Virus record (IMG/VR): IMGVR_UViG_3300030107_007542
Location: 32,001 to 96,000 of that record
Length of the DNA stretch: 64,000 nucleotides
Reading direction: 5' to 3' (one strand)
Origin: a virus
Made by a program: the position numbers and the translations under genes. The stretch's first letter is position 1, and each line of letters begins with the position of its first letter. Below, piece by piece: positions 34,594 through 43,403 of this stretch. Under the pieces are notes generated by a model. The model ran no database searches and was not told the DNA's origin. It saw only the letters and a program-made list of their open reading frames with translations.

Positions 34594-37500
34594 TCATTGA
34601 TTTACCCTCGCAAAGCCGTCTTTCTTATCAATTGTAATCTCTAAGTCCACGATATCCTTAAGTGAATCAACGTGGGAGATTAATATAACTGTTTTGAAAT
34701 ACATCTTAATTAGCTGGAGAATACGAATGAACCCCTCCATGTTTTCAGCATCAAGGGCGGTTCCGGGTTCGTCGAGGATAAAAACATTACCCTTGGGAAG
34801 CGACGAGACCGAAAGGAGAGCCAAGCGAATGGCCATAGCTGCGACAGTCTTCTCCGCACCGGAGCCCATCTCGATAGGTCGAGGCTCATGCTTTGGGTGC
34901 TTAATCAGAATATCTAACTTCCGGCCGTCCTCCTGAAAGAAGGCGTCGAAATCTACAATATTAGAAAGTACCTTAGCTATCTCCCCATTAATGACTGGCA
35001 ACCGCTTCTTAATAATATCATAAGCAATCCCATTAGAATGAGTGCATCGCATGAACAAATCATAAGCCGCATATTCCTCTCGTATTTCGTTAATCTCTTG
35101 TTTCTTATCTTTTAGATCTTCGACTCTTTGTTCCATCGAGCCAAGCTGGCGGTGATGGAGGTTGATAGATTCTTCGACTTCGGTAATATCGGCCTGAAAT
35201 TCAGCAATCTTTTTGTCGACGGCAGTGCGTGAGTTAATAAGCTTCTCAATGTTTTTAATCAGATCTTTCTTCTCTTCATACAAATCAATCTTGTCGTTAG
35301 TAGCACGCAAGCCGTCGCGATAGCCTTTAATCTTTGCATAAAGCTTTTCAATAGATACCTTGTTATCTCTCTTCTCAATCTCAATATTGTTCTTGTAAAT
35401 GATGGTATTATTATAATTGTCAATAAGATTAATCATCTCCGCCGAATTTACTGATACAACTCGTGCCTTGTAATCCTTGGCTTCCTCGATCTTATTAACT
35501 ATTTCCACCTCTAGTGATGGCAAGTCCACCGCTGCTACATTTGCATCATGAATGAACTGGCACGTGGGGTACTTGTTGCCACAAGGTACCTCATCTAGCA
35601 AGTCTAACTTCTTGCTCATGGTCTTATAATTATTATCCAGAAGGCGGGCCCTGTTGACAGTATCCTCATACTTCTGTTTAAAGTCATCATAATCCTTTTT
35701 TTGGGCCAATAAATCCTCGATGTCGATAGTTGTCAAAAAATCATCATAATCTTTCAGCTTTTCATTATAGTGAGTATTTTCTTCTTTCAACTCTACAATA
35801 TTCACATCCGTATCTGCTATCTTCTTTTCCAAGGCAGAGCGCGTCTCTAGCAAATTCTTGATATCAAGACGTTCGGCAGGGATAGAATCAATCTGTTCTG
35901 TTAGGTCTGCTTGTTTTTGCAACGCCACAGAGAGATCGAGGCGTAACTGATCGCAGCTTTCAACTTCCTTATCGAGTGCTTTTTGTGCTTCCTCATGCTG
36001 AACCTCGGCAAGTGCAATATCATTATTATAATCTGTATCTCCGATACGCCGAATCACCGCTTTTAGGTCCGAACTATCCTCATGAGCCAACTTAAACTTT
36101 TTCTCAAAGATATCTAAATCCAAGAACTTAGCAAGGATTTCCTTCCGACGAGTAGAGCCTTCCTTAATAAACGACAAACTGTCGAGCTGGCTGGACATAG
36201 AGGTCAGCAAAAAGTCTTCCACTGTTCCAAAACGCTTGCGAATATGTGCATCCGTCTCGTTACGTGTAGTTCCATTGAGGCTCGTCTGCTCGCCGACTGC
36301 TGGGTCGAGGCCGCTGAACTCCAGAAAAGTGCGAGCCTCATTGGTCACTTCGCCCTTGAGCTTCTTCACATACTTCTCGGACTTACGTTCAATATTATAC
36401 GTCTTGTCACCAACTTGTAGTTCCAAACGACCTACGCAGTCTTTCTTGTTTTGATTGATAATGTTATAATTTTTACGCTCGTTCTTAGACGTTGTGTTGA
36501 ACATGGTATAAAGGAAGCCATCAATAATGCTTGACTTCCCTGAGAAGTTCTTTCCGAAGATGCCAACAATGCCATTCAAGTTGGTGAAGTCAACGCTGTT
36601 GCCCTCGCCGTAGTTGAAGAGATTGTCCCACTCAAACTTATTGAGATTCCAATTAACGTTTCGTGCAACCTCTTCGGTTTCCTCAATCTTCGAGTTATAC
36701 TTTCGATTAAGCTCAAAGACTCGCTCTAACATTTGCTCGCTGGGCTGATAGTCAACCAAATACTCACGGATGAGATCTTCCTGGACTCCTTTATCTCTGA
36801 GATTTTCGACCTTGAAGCCAGAGCCGACCTCGACGGTGCCACGCTCACCAGCAGCACGATTTAGAAACGTGATACTCTCGGGCTTGAAACGGTGCTTGGC
36901 AATCTCCACGGCCTTACGCATAACGTCAAGGGGAAGATTATTGTTGCTCACAAGACGCAAGCGTGAGGTCGGGGGAATCTTGGTGCCCTTTGGCATCCGC
37001 CCTTTTGGCGTGAGTTCGATTGTTACGAATGGTTTTGGATTAAGCAAAACATGGTGACTCACGCGAAATTCGTTTTTGTCTTCAATTTCCCAAATGAGAA
37101 ATCCCTTATCATTTGTCTCGCCATGATTCTGTTGAACGGTACTACCGCAATACCTCACGCGACCTTCTGTATCCAGAATTTGATTTGTTTTGTGGATGTC
37201 ACCCAACATTGCAAAGTCGTGGCCGGCGAAGACACCAACATCATGATCTCCATGATCCATCACCCAGCCGGTGTCAGTTTTAACGCCAGACACAGAACCA
37301 TGATAAAGCGCAATGTTGATGCGTGAGTTGTCGCTTGGAGCAACCCAATTCTCCTCGTCAAAAACAGATAGCACGTTGAGGGCGAGATCCGGCTCTAGAA
37401 CGGTCTCACCGGCATTCTTTAGCAGGTGTAGGTTCGGCAAATCCAAAGCCTTTACAATCGGCGACAGCGCGTCCTGGCGGGTGCTGTTCTTCAGGTTGCC

Positions 37501-37746
37501 ATCGTGGTTGCCCAAGATAATGTAGGTTGGTGCGATTTTCGCTAGATTTGCAAAAAAGTCGGAGCAAAGCTCAACGAACTCTGGTGAAATCTGTGTCTTA
37601 GTGTGGGCGATGTCGCCGCAGTGAACGATGTAGTCCACGCTCTCTTTCCGAAGAATCTCGTAAAGCTGTTCGAATACCTTCTTATATTCGTAATGAAATT
37701 TTAAGTTTTTTATATGCGTGTCCGCAAGATGCGCTATTTTATACAC
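34594..37746 (-). CDS. Single-chain Mre11/SbcD nuclease - Rad50/SbcC ATPase fusion (T4 gp47-gp46-like)
   Basis: N-terminal phosphoesterase motifs D-T-H, GDIAH, GNHD, H and GDIH; then Walker A GKNFSGKSS, a coiled coil, the signature MGSGAE and Walker B ILDEP in one 1050-aa frame. Confidence 0.95.
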   Translation of the reverse strand: MYKIAHLADTHIKNLKFHYEYKKVFEQLYEILRKESVDYIVHCGDIAHTKTQISPEFVELCSDFFANLAKIAPTYIILGNHDGNLKNSTRQDALSPIVKALDLPNLHLLKNAGETVLEPDLALNVLSVFDEENWVAPSDNSRINIALYHGSVSGVKTDTGWVMDHGDHDVGVFAGHDFAMLGDIHKTNQILDTEGRVRYCGSTVQQNHGETNDKGFLIWEIEDKNEFRVSHHVLLNPKPFVTIELTPKGRMPKGTKIPPTSRLRLVSNNNLPLDVMRKAVEIAKHRFKPESITFLNRAAGERGTVEVGSGFKVENLRDKGVQEDLIREYLVDYQPSEQMLERVFELNRKYNSKIEETEEVARNVNWNLNKFEWDNLFNYGEGNSVDFTNLNGIVGIFGKNFSGKSSIIDGFLYTMFNTTSKNERKNYNIINQNKKDCVGRLELQVGDKTYNIERKSEKYVKKLKGEVTNEARTFLEFSGLDPAVGEQTSLNGTTRNETDAHIRKRFGTVEDFLLTSMSSQLDSLSFIKEGSTRRKEILAKFLDLDIFEKKFKLAHEDSSDLKAVIRRIGDTDYNNDIALAEVQHEEAQKALDKEVESCDQLRLDLSVALQKQADLTEQIDSIPAERLDIKNLLETRSALEKKIADTDVNIVELKEENTHYNEKLKDYDDFLTTIDIEDLLAQKKDYDDFKQKYEDTVNRARLLDNNYKTMSKKLDLLDEVPCGNKYPTCQFIHDANVAAVDLPSLEVEIVNKIEEAKDYKARVVSVNSAEMINLIDNYNNTIIYKNNIEIEKRDNKVSIEKLYAKIKGYRDGLRATNDKIDLYEEKKDLIKNIEKLINSRTAVDKKIAEFQADITEVEESINLHHRQLGSMEQRVEDLKDKKQEINEIREEYAAYDLFMRCTHSNGIAYDIIKKRLPVINGEIAKVLSNIVDFDAFFQEDGRKLDILIKHPKHEPRPIEMGSGAEKTVAAMAIRLALLSVSSLPKGNVFILDEPGTALDAENMEGFIRILQLIKMYFKTVILISHVDSLKDIVDLEITIDKKDGFARVNQ

Positions 37747-37772
37747 GTAGTTATCCCCTAGTCTATGATACT

Positions 37773-37800
37773 AGTATACAGGATGGGTAGGTGGTGTCAA
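37773..37800 (-). promoter_or_regulatory. Host sigma70-type promoter for the Mre11-Rad50 gene
   Basis: TTGACA-16 nt-TATACT, about 27 nt upstream of the GTG start. Confidence 0.7.
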
Positions 37801-37819
37801 GGATTATTTTTGACTTTTA

Positions 37820-38257
37820 TTAGTAATAGCCGCCGCCCTTGGGCTTATTGCGGTCACGGCTAGTGTCACTCGAAGGTCGTGCTGGTTTCTCGCGATCCTT
37901 TTTAGACTGGCCGCCGGTGCCCGTGGAACGATACTCCTCCATCGGAGCGTACATCGGGTTGGCGAGGAGGTGGCGAAGTTCAGCAACCATGTCGGCGTCT
38001 AAACTCATGGCGAAGTCTTTCAACTCTTCCCTGCTCATTGCCGCAAGAAGCTCTCTTGCTTTAATACGCCTAATCATTTGCTCTTTGGGTGTACCGCCAG
38101 TGAACTTTTCGTCCGATTGGAGGTCTCCCAGGCTCGGGGCATCGTCGCCATAGGCTGCACTGTGTGCCGCGCGGCCTGTCATATCGGGCGGAAAGCGATT
38201 CGCTTCATTAAGTTCTTCTCTAATAATCTCTTTGAGTCTTTGTTTGGTGATTTTCAT
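37820..38257 (-). CDS. Small protein with leader MKITKQRLKEIIREELNE
   Basis: ATG at 38257 overlaps the upstream TGA (ATGA). Confidence 0.75.
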   Translation of the reverse strand: MKITKQRLKEIIREELNEANRFPPDMTGRAAHSAAYGDDAPSLGDLQSDEKFTGGTPKEQMIRRIKARELLAAMSREELKDFAMSLDADMVAELRHLLANPMYAPMEEYRSTGTGGQSKKDREKPARPSSDTSRDRNKPKGGGYY

Positions 38258-38574
38258 CGGTCTCTCCATCTCCCTGTTCTCGCTCCGTAAGCAAGTCTAT
38301 CAATTTCCCGCTGTGACGGGTTGCCGCTCAGTTCCATAGCCGGGGTTCGGTGCTCTTCGATGAATTCCTGAATCTTCAGAAGCTCTTCAAGAACATCAAT
38401 ATCTTCGCCAGCAGGTGAACTAACTACGACGGGGCGCCCTTGGCGCTCTTCGTGCTGTAGGCGATTAATCAAATTAAAGACGAGGCTAGCTGCATCGTCT
38501 AGTGCCGTGCGCTCTTCTGCTTCATTAAGCTCTTCCTTAATAATCTCTTTTAGTCTTGCTTTGGTGATTTTCAT
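38254..38574 (-). CDS. Small protein with leader MKITKARLKEIIKEELNE
   Basis: ATGA-coupled ORF. Confidence 0.8.
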   Translation of the reverse strand: MKITKARLKEIIKEELNEAEERTALDDAASLVFNLINRLQHEERQGRPVVVSSPAGEDIDVLEELLKIQEFIEEHRTPAMELSGNPSQREIDRLAYGARTGRWRDR

Positions 38575-38987
38575 CTTGGTTCTCCGGGTCGATCGACGGT
38601 TACTAGCATTCCCAACGCCTCGGCCAACTCCCTCTGTGCTTGATCCATTTGGTCGGCGGCTGCGCTAAAGAGTGCTTGGATAGCTAGGTCAACAAAACCT
38701 TCGGGGGCTCCCAACTCTTGAGCGGCCGCGGTGATTTCGCGGTCCCAGCGCATTCGGCCGGCTTCCTTCATCGGTCCTGTGCACATTTCTTTGGCCTCAG
38801 GCTGGGATAGTCCCTTGGGTCGGTCGGCGTCTTCATCAGCCATTGCGCACATGTAGTTGCGCTGCTTTTCAGAGTGTACCTCTTTCAGCCTGTCCTCTCC
38901 CATATAGCGAATCTCATAGATCATCACAGCTCTCTTGTATAGCTCTTCTTGGATGATCTCTGTTAGTCGGGCGCGAGATATTTTCAT
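38571..38987 (-). CDS. Small protein with leader MKISRARLTEIIQEEL
   Basis: Clean ORF with an internal SEKQR.YMCAM...EMC module. Confidence 0.8.
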   Translation of the reverse strand: MKISRARLTEIIQEELYKRAVMIYEIRYMGEDRLKEVHSEKQRNYMCAMADEDADRPKGLSQPEAKEMCTGPMKEAGRMRWDREITAAAQELGAPEGFVDLAIQALFSAAADQMDQAQRELAEALGMLVTVDRPGEPR

Positions 38988-38989
38988 TA

Positions 38990-39340
38990 CTAATCCAAAT
39001 CCGTAGACATTAGTCGTACTTCTTCAATAGCCGCGCGAACTTCGTCCATGAAGCCCATTCGAGTTCTACGATAATCTTCCGGGTCCTCTTCTGTGTTAAC
39101 ACCCAAGCCTTTGAGATCTGCAATTTTATCATAGATCTGGCTCATGAGATTATCCAATTCTTCATTGGCCACCTCAGAGTCGGCCACCATTTGAGCCAAT
39201 TGGCTACTCAAATCATCAACATCATCGGCGGGCTCGCTTGAATCAGACGGGCCCAGACCTGGGAGATCCAGCTGTGCCGGCGCTGGTGATTCCTGAGCTT
39301 CTGTCAGGAACTTCTTCCATTGTCCGGACACGAAGGTCAT
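38990..39340 (-). CDS. Small acidic protein with leader ...WKKFLTE
   Basis: 116-aa ORF. Confidence 0.75.
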   Translation of the reverse strand: MTFVSGQWKKFLTEAQESPAPAQLDLPGLGPSDSSEPADDVDDLSSQLAQMVADSEVANEELDNLMSQIYDKIADLKGLGVNTEEDPEDYRRTRMGFMDEVRAAIEEVRLMSTDLD

Positions 39341-39343
39341 GGC

Positions 39344-39484
39344 CTAGCAAAGCCCTGCGAGAACAAGACCAGCGACGACGCCGGCAGCACCCTGAAGTGC
39401 CATGAGCACATAAACTTCTCGGGATCCCTGAAGAAGTGCAAGCTGTTTTGCAAGTGTTAAAGTATCTTTCATAAGTTGCTTCAT
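39344..39484 (-). CDS. 46-aa peptide with hydrophobic C-terminus (not in the ORF track)
   Basis: GAGGAG SD; MKQLMKDTLTLAKQLALLQGSREVYVLMALQGAAGVVAGLVLAGLC*. Fills the gap between primase and the leader-bearing genes. Confidence 0.65.
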   Translation of the reverse strand: MKQLMKDTLTLAKQLALLQGSREVYVLMALQGAAGVVAGLVLAGLC

Positions 39485-39498
39485 TTTGATATACTCCT

Positions 39499-40455
39499 CT
39501 ATAATGACATTGTAAGTGTCAACAATAAATAGTTGTCAGGTGTAATAAGGGTCGCTTTTTGCAGGCATTTTTGGAATTGCTCCCTGCTCATTGATCCAAC
39601 ATCTTCATTATCGCCAATATCAACCTTCCAAACCTCGATATCAAACTCCAGTAAAGTCTTGATAATCTCAAGTTCTTTTTTCTTTGCATCCGGGTCGAGA
39701 GCGACGTAAACTCCTGCATCCTCTTTTACGATCTTGCGCAACAAAACAGAGTTCTGGCTTAACGTAGAGCCAAGAATAGGTACGGCATTCCGGCCTGCGG
39801 TGATCGCATCAAAAACTCCTTCAACCAAAACGATATCGGAAGTCCAATCCACGAAGAGATCGTTAAAGATAATGTTTTTACTCGCGGGAGGATTTTTGTA
39901 TTTAGGGTAAAACTTGCGATCATATGAGCGGGAAACAAAATAATTCAAATCACCGTCTTCATCGAACGAAGGAATAATGATACGACCTTCATACTCGCCG
40001 CTGGCACAGTATCCCATTTTCCACCATATAATATCCTGCTTGTCGGTACCGCGCTTTCGCAAATAATTACGCGCTGCGAACCCGGTAGGTGGAACATCCC
40101 GGTTAGCCAAAGACACGAACCCCGGGGGCATTTCAAGTACTTGCTTTTCTTCTACTTTTTCCGAAAAAAAGTCTTCGAGCTTGTCGTACTCAACAACATC
40201 CGTAAACTCTCGCCACTGCGCTTTATCATGTACGGAACCAAAGCGGCGAACAACACGATAGATATTTTTACCACGCGTGTCGCATACCCAGCACTTGTAG
40301 TAGCCCTTAGCCACATTAACAGAAAATTTACGCTTATGATGCTCGCAATAAGGACAAGTAAATAAATATTCATTATTGGATCTATAAAAAGGTCCAAGAA
40401 CATTAGTTAGAATTCTGAGTTTCTTGTCTTTCACGTATCCAGCCTGCCCTAGCAA
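39499..40455 (-). CDS. DNA primase (zinc-binding domain + TOPRIM); likely true start GTG at 40434
   Basis: Contains CPYC..HH...CWVC, YLRKRG, RIIIP, KYKNP, VLVEGVFDAI and ALDPDA. Confidence 0.92.
   Translation of the reverse strand: MLGQAGYVKDKKLRILTNVLGPFYRSNNEYLFTCPYCEHHKRKFSVNVAKGYYKCWVCDTRGKNIYRVVRRFGSVHDKAQWREFTDVVEYDKLEDFFSEKVEEKQVLEMPPGFVSLANRDVPPTGFAARNYLRKRGTDKQDIIWWKMGYCASGEYEGRIIIPSFDEDGDLNYFVSRSYDRKFYPKYKNPPASKNIIFNDLFVDWTSDIVLVEGVFDAITAGRNAVPILGSTLSQNSVLLRKIVKEDAGVYVALDPDAKKKELEIIKTLLEFDIEVWKVDIGDNEDVGSMSREQFQKCLQKATLITPDNYLLLTLTMSL
39524..39533 (-). promoter_or_regulatory. Putative late promoter motif ACTATTTATT inside the primase 3' end
   Basis: 40 nt upstream of the 46-aa ORF that heads the leader-bearing gene cluster. 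Confidence 0.5.
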
Positions 40456-40936
40456 TCACATAGCTATCCGACCGGTCAGCGTAACCAGGTCTTGGATTTC
40501 CATGCCTAGTGTATTCTACCTCAAAGTCAGGAACGTTGTCAACAACAAATTGCAAAGAAACGGCTTTTGCTTTCTGTCCCTTGGGAACTTTAATCCCACA
40601 CAACTTGCGAGCAGAAGTGGCTGCAACAAACTGAGGTTCTGCTCCAAAAAGATTATAGCATATCCATGACACAATGCCATTAATTTTTGATAACAGCGAC
40701 AAAGTCTGCGCGGAAGAAAACCCCGAACGAAAAGACTGCAAGGATTGCTCCACATAAACATGTTCTATAAAATATGTGTTACGGATCCTGGCAAGGTGAC
40801 CCTCAATGGAAGCACATTTTTGAAAAAAATTCTTCTCTTTTCGTAAGTCGATGTGGTCACACTCTACGATTTGACCATCATTGTCCACAATAGTATATCC
40901 CGTAATACTTGTGGATATATCGAGTCCTAAAATCAT
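40403..40936 (-). CDS. RuvC-like Holliday junction resolvase
   Basis: MILGLDIS...TGY, VYVEQ and DRSDSY..A give the D/E/D/D catalytic pattern. Confidence 0.85.
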   Translation of the reverse strand: MILGLDISTSITGYTIVDNDGQIVECDHIDLRKEKNFFQKCASIEGHLARIRNTYFIEHVYVEQSLQSFRSGFSSAQTLSLLSKINGIVSWICYNLFGAEPQFVAATSARKLCGIKVPKGQKAKAVSLQFVVDNVPDFEVEYTRHGNPRPGYADRSDSYVIARAGWIRERQETQNSN

Positions 40937-42234
40937 TAAATATCGATTTTGAGTTTGAACGTAAAATCTCTTGCCGCAGTCTTCTTGACTGGAGTGGCAG
41001 GCTTTGCAATTGCAATTAGATTTTCGTTCTCGTCATAAATCCCAATCTTCGAAACATAGGTTGTCTTTTCAAACGAACCTGTGGGATCATTATATGACGA
41101 TGAGACAATATTTTTAATGGCTCTTTTCGTATCTTGCAAATAAGAAGTCGATCCGGTCAACACATGACTGGCTGTAGAGAACTGAAGATATGTAGGGTTA
41201 TTGGAGTGATTCAGCTGTCCTTTGGGAAGTGTGGCGAACATGGTTAGAGATTGAATTGGCTGAGTGCCACTCATCTCTATTGTAAAAGAACTCTTCGGGG
41301 GCGCAACTCCGGTCTCCTGGGCACCTGCTGCAAAATAAGTCCAGGCAGGACTCAGGGCGGCGCCGCCAGTATAAGTATCAGTGCACGCATCGCCGCCAGT
41401 TCCTGCATCCGGGGCAAGGTTGTAAGCGCCTGTTAAAATTAACATCCCTTCGTTATAAAGTGCAAGACCAATAACCGTACCGGTTCGAGGGCCAGACGTT
41501 TCATACAGCAAACCATTTTGTGCAGTATCTTGGGCTCGGGCAATCAAAGTCCCTGTAAAATAGAACTTAAGATCGATTGTTCCCTTTTTGATGTTCTTTC
41601 CATAAAAAATGCTGGGAACACTTATGAGGCCAAGGTCTATACTGTTAAAGTTTCGAGAGCTATTAGAGTAAGCGAATTCCGGACTTATATAGTTATAATA
41701 ATTTATAGTGTTTTTAAGTGCTAAAATACGCGTCACTGAGGCTGCGGCGTTCACCGCGATTCCAGTGCCGGATGTCTTTTCAAAGGTAGCTTCTGTATAG
41801 CGTGCGGTGGCCGCGGCATAATAAGTCTTTTTGATGGACGCGGTCAAAGGATACGACCCATACATAATGTCACCAGGGCTTGTGCTATTAAAATTAGCCT
41901 TAGTGGTAGTGCGGAAACTCATGCGCGAGCCGTCTTTGGAAATCCATGGACGAATCAACTTATTATTTAAAACATCGTTCGGACCAAAAGTGCGAGGCGT
42001 CGGGTCAGCATCAGGGTCGGCCGAACTGCTCTCTTGACGATCAACATTCAACTCATAGAGGCTTACACCACCTGAACTGAGAAGATTGAGCGAACTTGTG
42101 AGTGAACCGAAAGCATTGGGGGCATCATTATAGAATGCGCCACCATCAAATATCGTAAATTTTACTTCAGGATAAGTCTTGATCGTGTTGACGTATACAT
42201 CATTTGATTTAAACTTATGAAAAAAGAGGGCCAT
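40936..42234 (-). CDS. Baseplate / tail-fibre-attachment structural protein
   Basis: C-terminal N.SNNPTY...YVSKIGIYDENENLIAIAK..PVKK resembles tail-collar/fibre-attachment domains. Paralogous to 42243..43391. Confidence 0.6.
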   Translation of the reverse strand: MALFFHKFKSNDVYVNTIKTYPEVKFTIFDGGAFYNDAPNAFGSLTSSLNLLSSGGVSLYELNVDRQESSSADPDADPTPRTFGPNDVLNNKLIRPWISKDGSRMSFRTTTKANFNSTSPGDIMYGSYPLTASIKKTYYAAATARYTEATFEKTSGTGIAVNAAASVTRILALKNTINYYNYISPEFAYSNSSRNFNSIDLGLISVPSIFYGKNIKKGTIDLKFYFTGTLIARAQDTAQNGLLYETSGPRTGTVIGLALYNEGMLILTGAYNLAPDAGTGGDACTDTYTGGAALSPAWTYFAAGAQETGVAPPKSSFTIEMSGTQPIQSLTMFATLPKGQLNHSNNPTYLQFSTASHVLTGSTSYLQDTKRAIKNIVSSSYNDPTGSFEKTTYVSKIGIYDENENLIAIAKPATPVKKTAARDFTFKLKIDI

Positions 42235-42242
42235 CCCATGTC

Positions 42243-43391
42243 CTAGTAATCCAAACGCACCCTAACCGTAAATTCATTCGACGGGTCCTTCTTCATTGGC
42301 TCTGAAAGCTTGGCAACAGCCAACAGTTCATTGTCGGGCGAATACAGGCCTACAGAGGTTGCATATGATACCGGGGTATCTTGAGAGTTGTTCTTCACAA
42401 CCAACTTACTTGCGCTCAAGTAGGTGGGGTTGGAAGAGTAGTTAAACTCGTTATGATTGGCCCGGCAGAAATAAATAGTAGAATTCAGCTCGGTTGTGTT
42501 GTTGAACTGAATGTTATAAATACGATGACGGAAGATGTCACACGCACCTGAAATTGCCGATGCACTAAGAGCCCCTGTAATATCGTTTGACGCGCTTACC
42601 ATCGGAAGGAGCGGCCCGGCGCCATTAGGCGACAACTGTGTTCCCGAGATGGACGATGATAAAAGGCCTAGACCGCTGTTGTTAAAGTTGGTCTTGGGAA
42701 GGGTATCGTAAGATCCAGAAAAGATAGAGGCCGTTACAACGACAATACCAGCCTGGTAAAAAATCAGGCCCGCTTTGGTCTGCATGTTTGTGTCAGCATT
42801 CTTGAGCGGTGTTCCCGAAGAATTGTTGGCATAAAGGATGCCATACTCGCCCGCTGGGGAGTTCACCTTATACTGCGTAGCTCCACTAATGTCTTGAAGT
42901 GTAATGCGTGTACCGAATGGATTTGCGACCGAAGCGCTAACACCAAGTTCCAAGGTAAAGCTTCCCTTTTTGATTTCATCCTTCTGAAGCAATCTGGTGA
43001 AATTCAGGAAGAATCCCGCGGTGATCTTTGTACCTCCGGTGAGGTCTCCGTCTTCGTCAAATTGTCGAACCGATCCTGTTTCATCGAAACCAACAACAAC
43101 CTGAGCCAACTCGTTGTAAATATTTTGCTTTTTAGCGTTGTTGAGGAATCCAGACCCAGAAAGATTCGAGCCGGAAGCAAAACCAAATGTTAGATCCATG
43201 ATATGATTTGCCGATGAACTTAAGTAAGGGTAATCATAAACTGATTGGAATATTCCATGAGAATAATTCTTAATATTGAGGTCATTATACGTGCCAGAGA
43301 CAATTGTTCCTGTCACAGGGATTGCTTCGTGAAGCATGGTTCTAGTTGAAACAACGTCTTTGGAGCGTAAAGTCTTAAATGTAGTAGCCAT
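42243..43391 (-). CDS. Baseplate / tail-fibre-attachment structural protein
   Basis: Contains YFCRA.HNEFNYSSNPTY...YATSVGLYSPDNELLAVAKLSEP.KK...VRLDY. Confidence 0.6.
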   Translation of the reverse strand: MATTFKTLRSKDVVSTRTMLHEAIPVTGTIVSGTYNDLNIKNYSHGIFQSVYDYPYLSSSANHIMDLTFGFASGSNLSGSGFLNNAKKQNIYNELAQVVVGFDETGSVRQFDEDGDLTGGTKITAGFFLNFTRLLQKDEIKKGSFTLELGVSASVANPFGTRITLQDISGATQYKVNSPAGEYGILYANNSSGTPLKNADTNMQTKAGLIFYQAGIVVVTASIFSGSYDTLPKTNFNNSGLGLLSSSISGTQLSPNGAGPLLPMVSASNDITGALSASAISGACDIFRHRIYNIQFNNTTELNSTIYFCRANHNEFNYSSNPTYLSASKLVVKNNSQDTPVSYATSVGLYSPDNELLAVAKLSEPMKKDPSNEFTVRVRLDY

Positions 43392-43403
43392 CTTTTATCC
43401 TTC

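Noticed and set aside
39498-39523. TTGACA upstream of the 46-aa ORF as a sigma70 promoter
   Set aside because: No acceptable -10 at 16-18 nt spacing; the nearest TATAGA is only 13 nt away.
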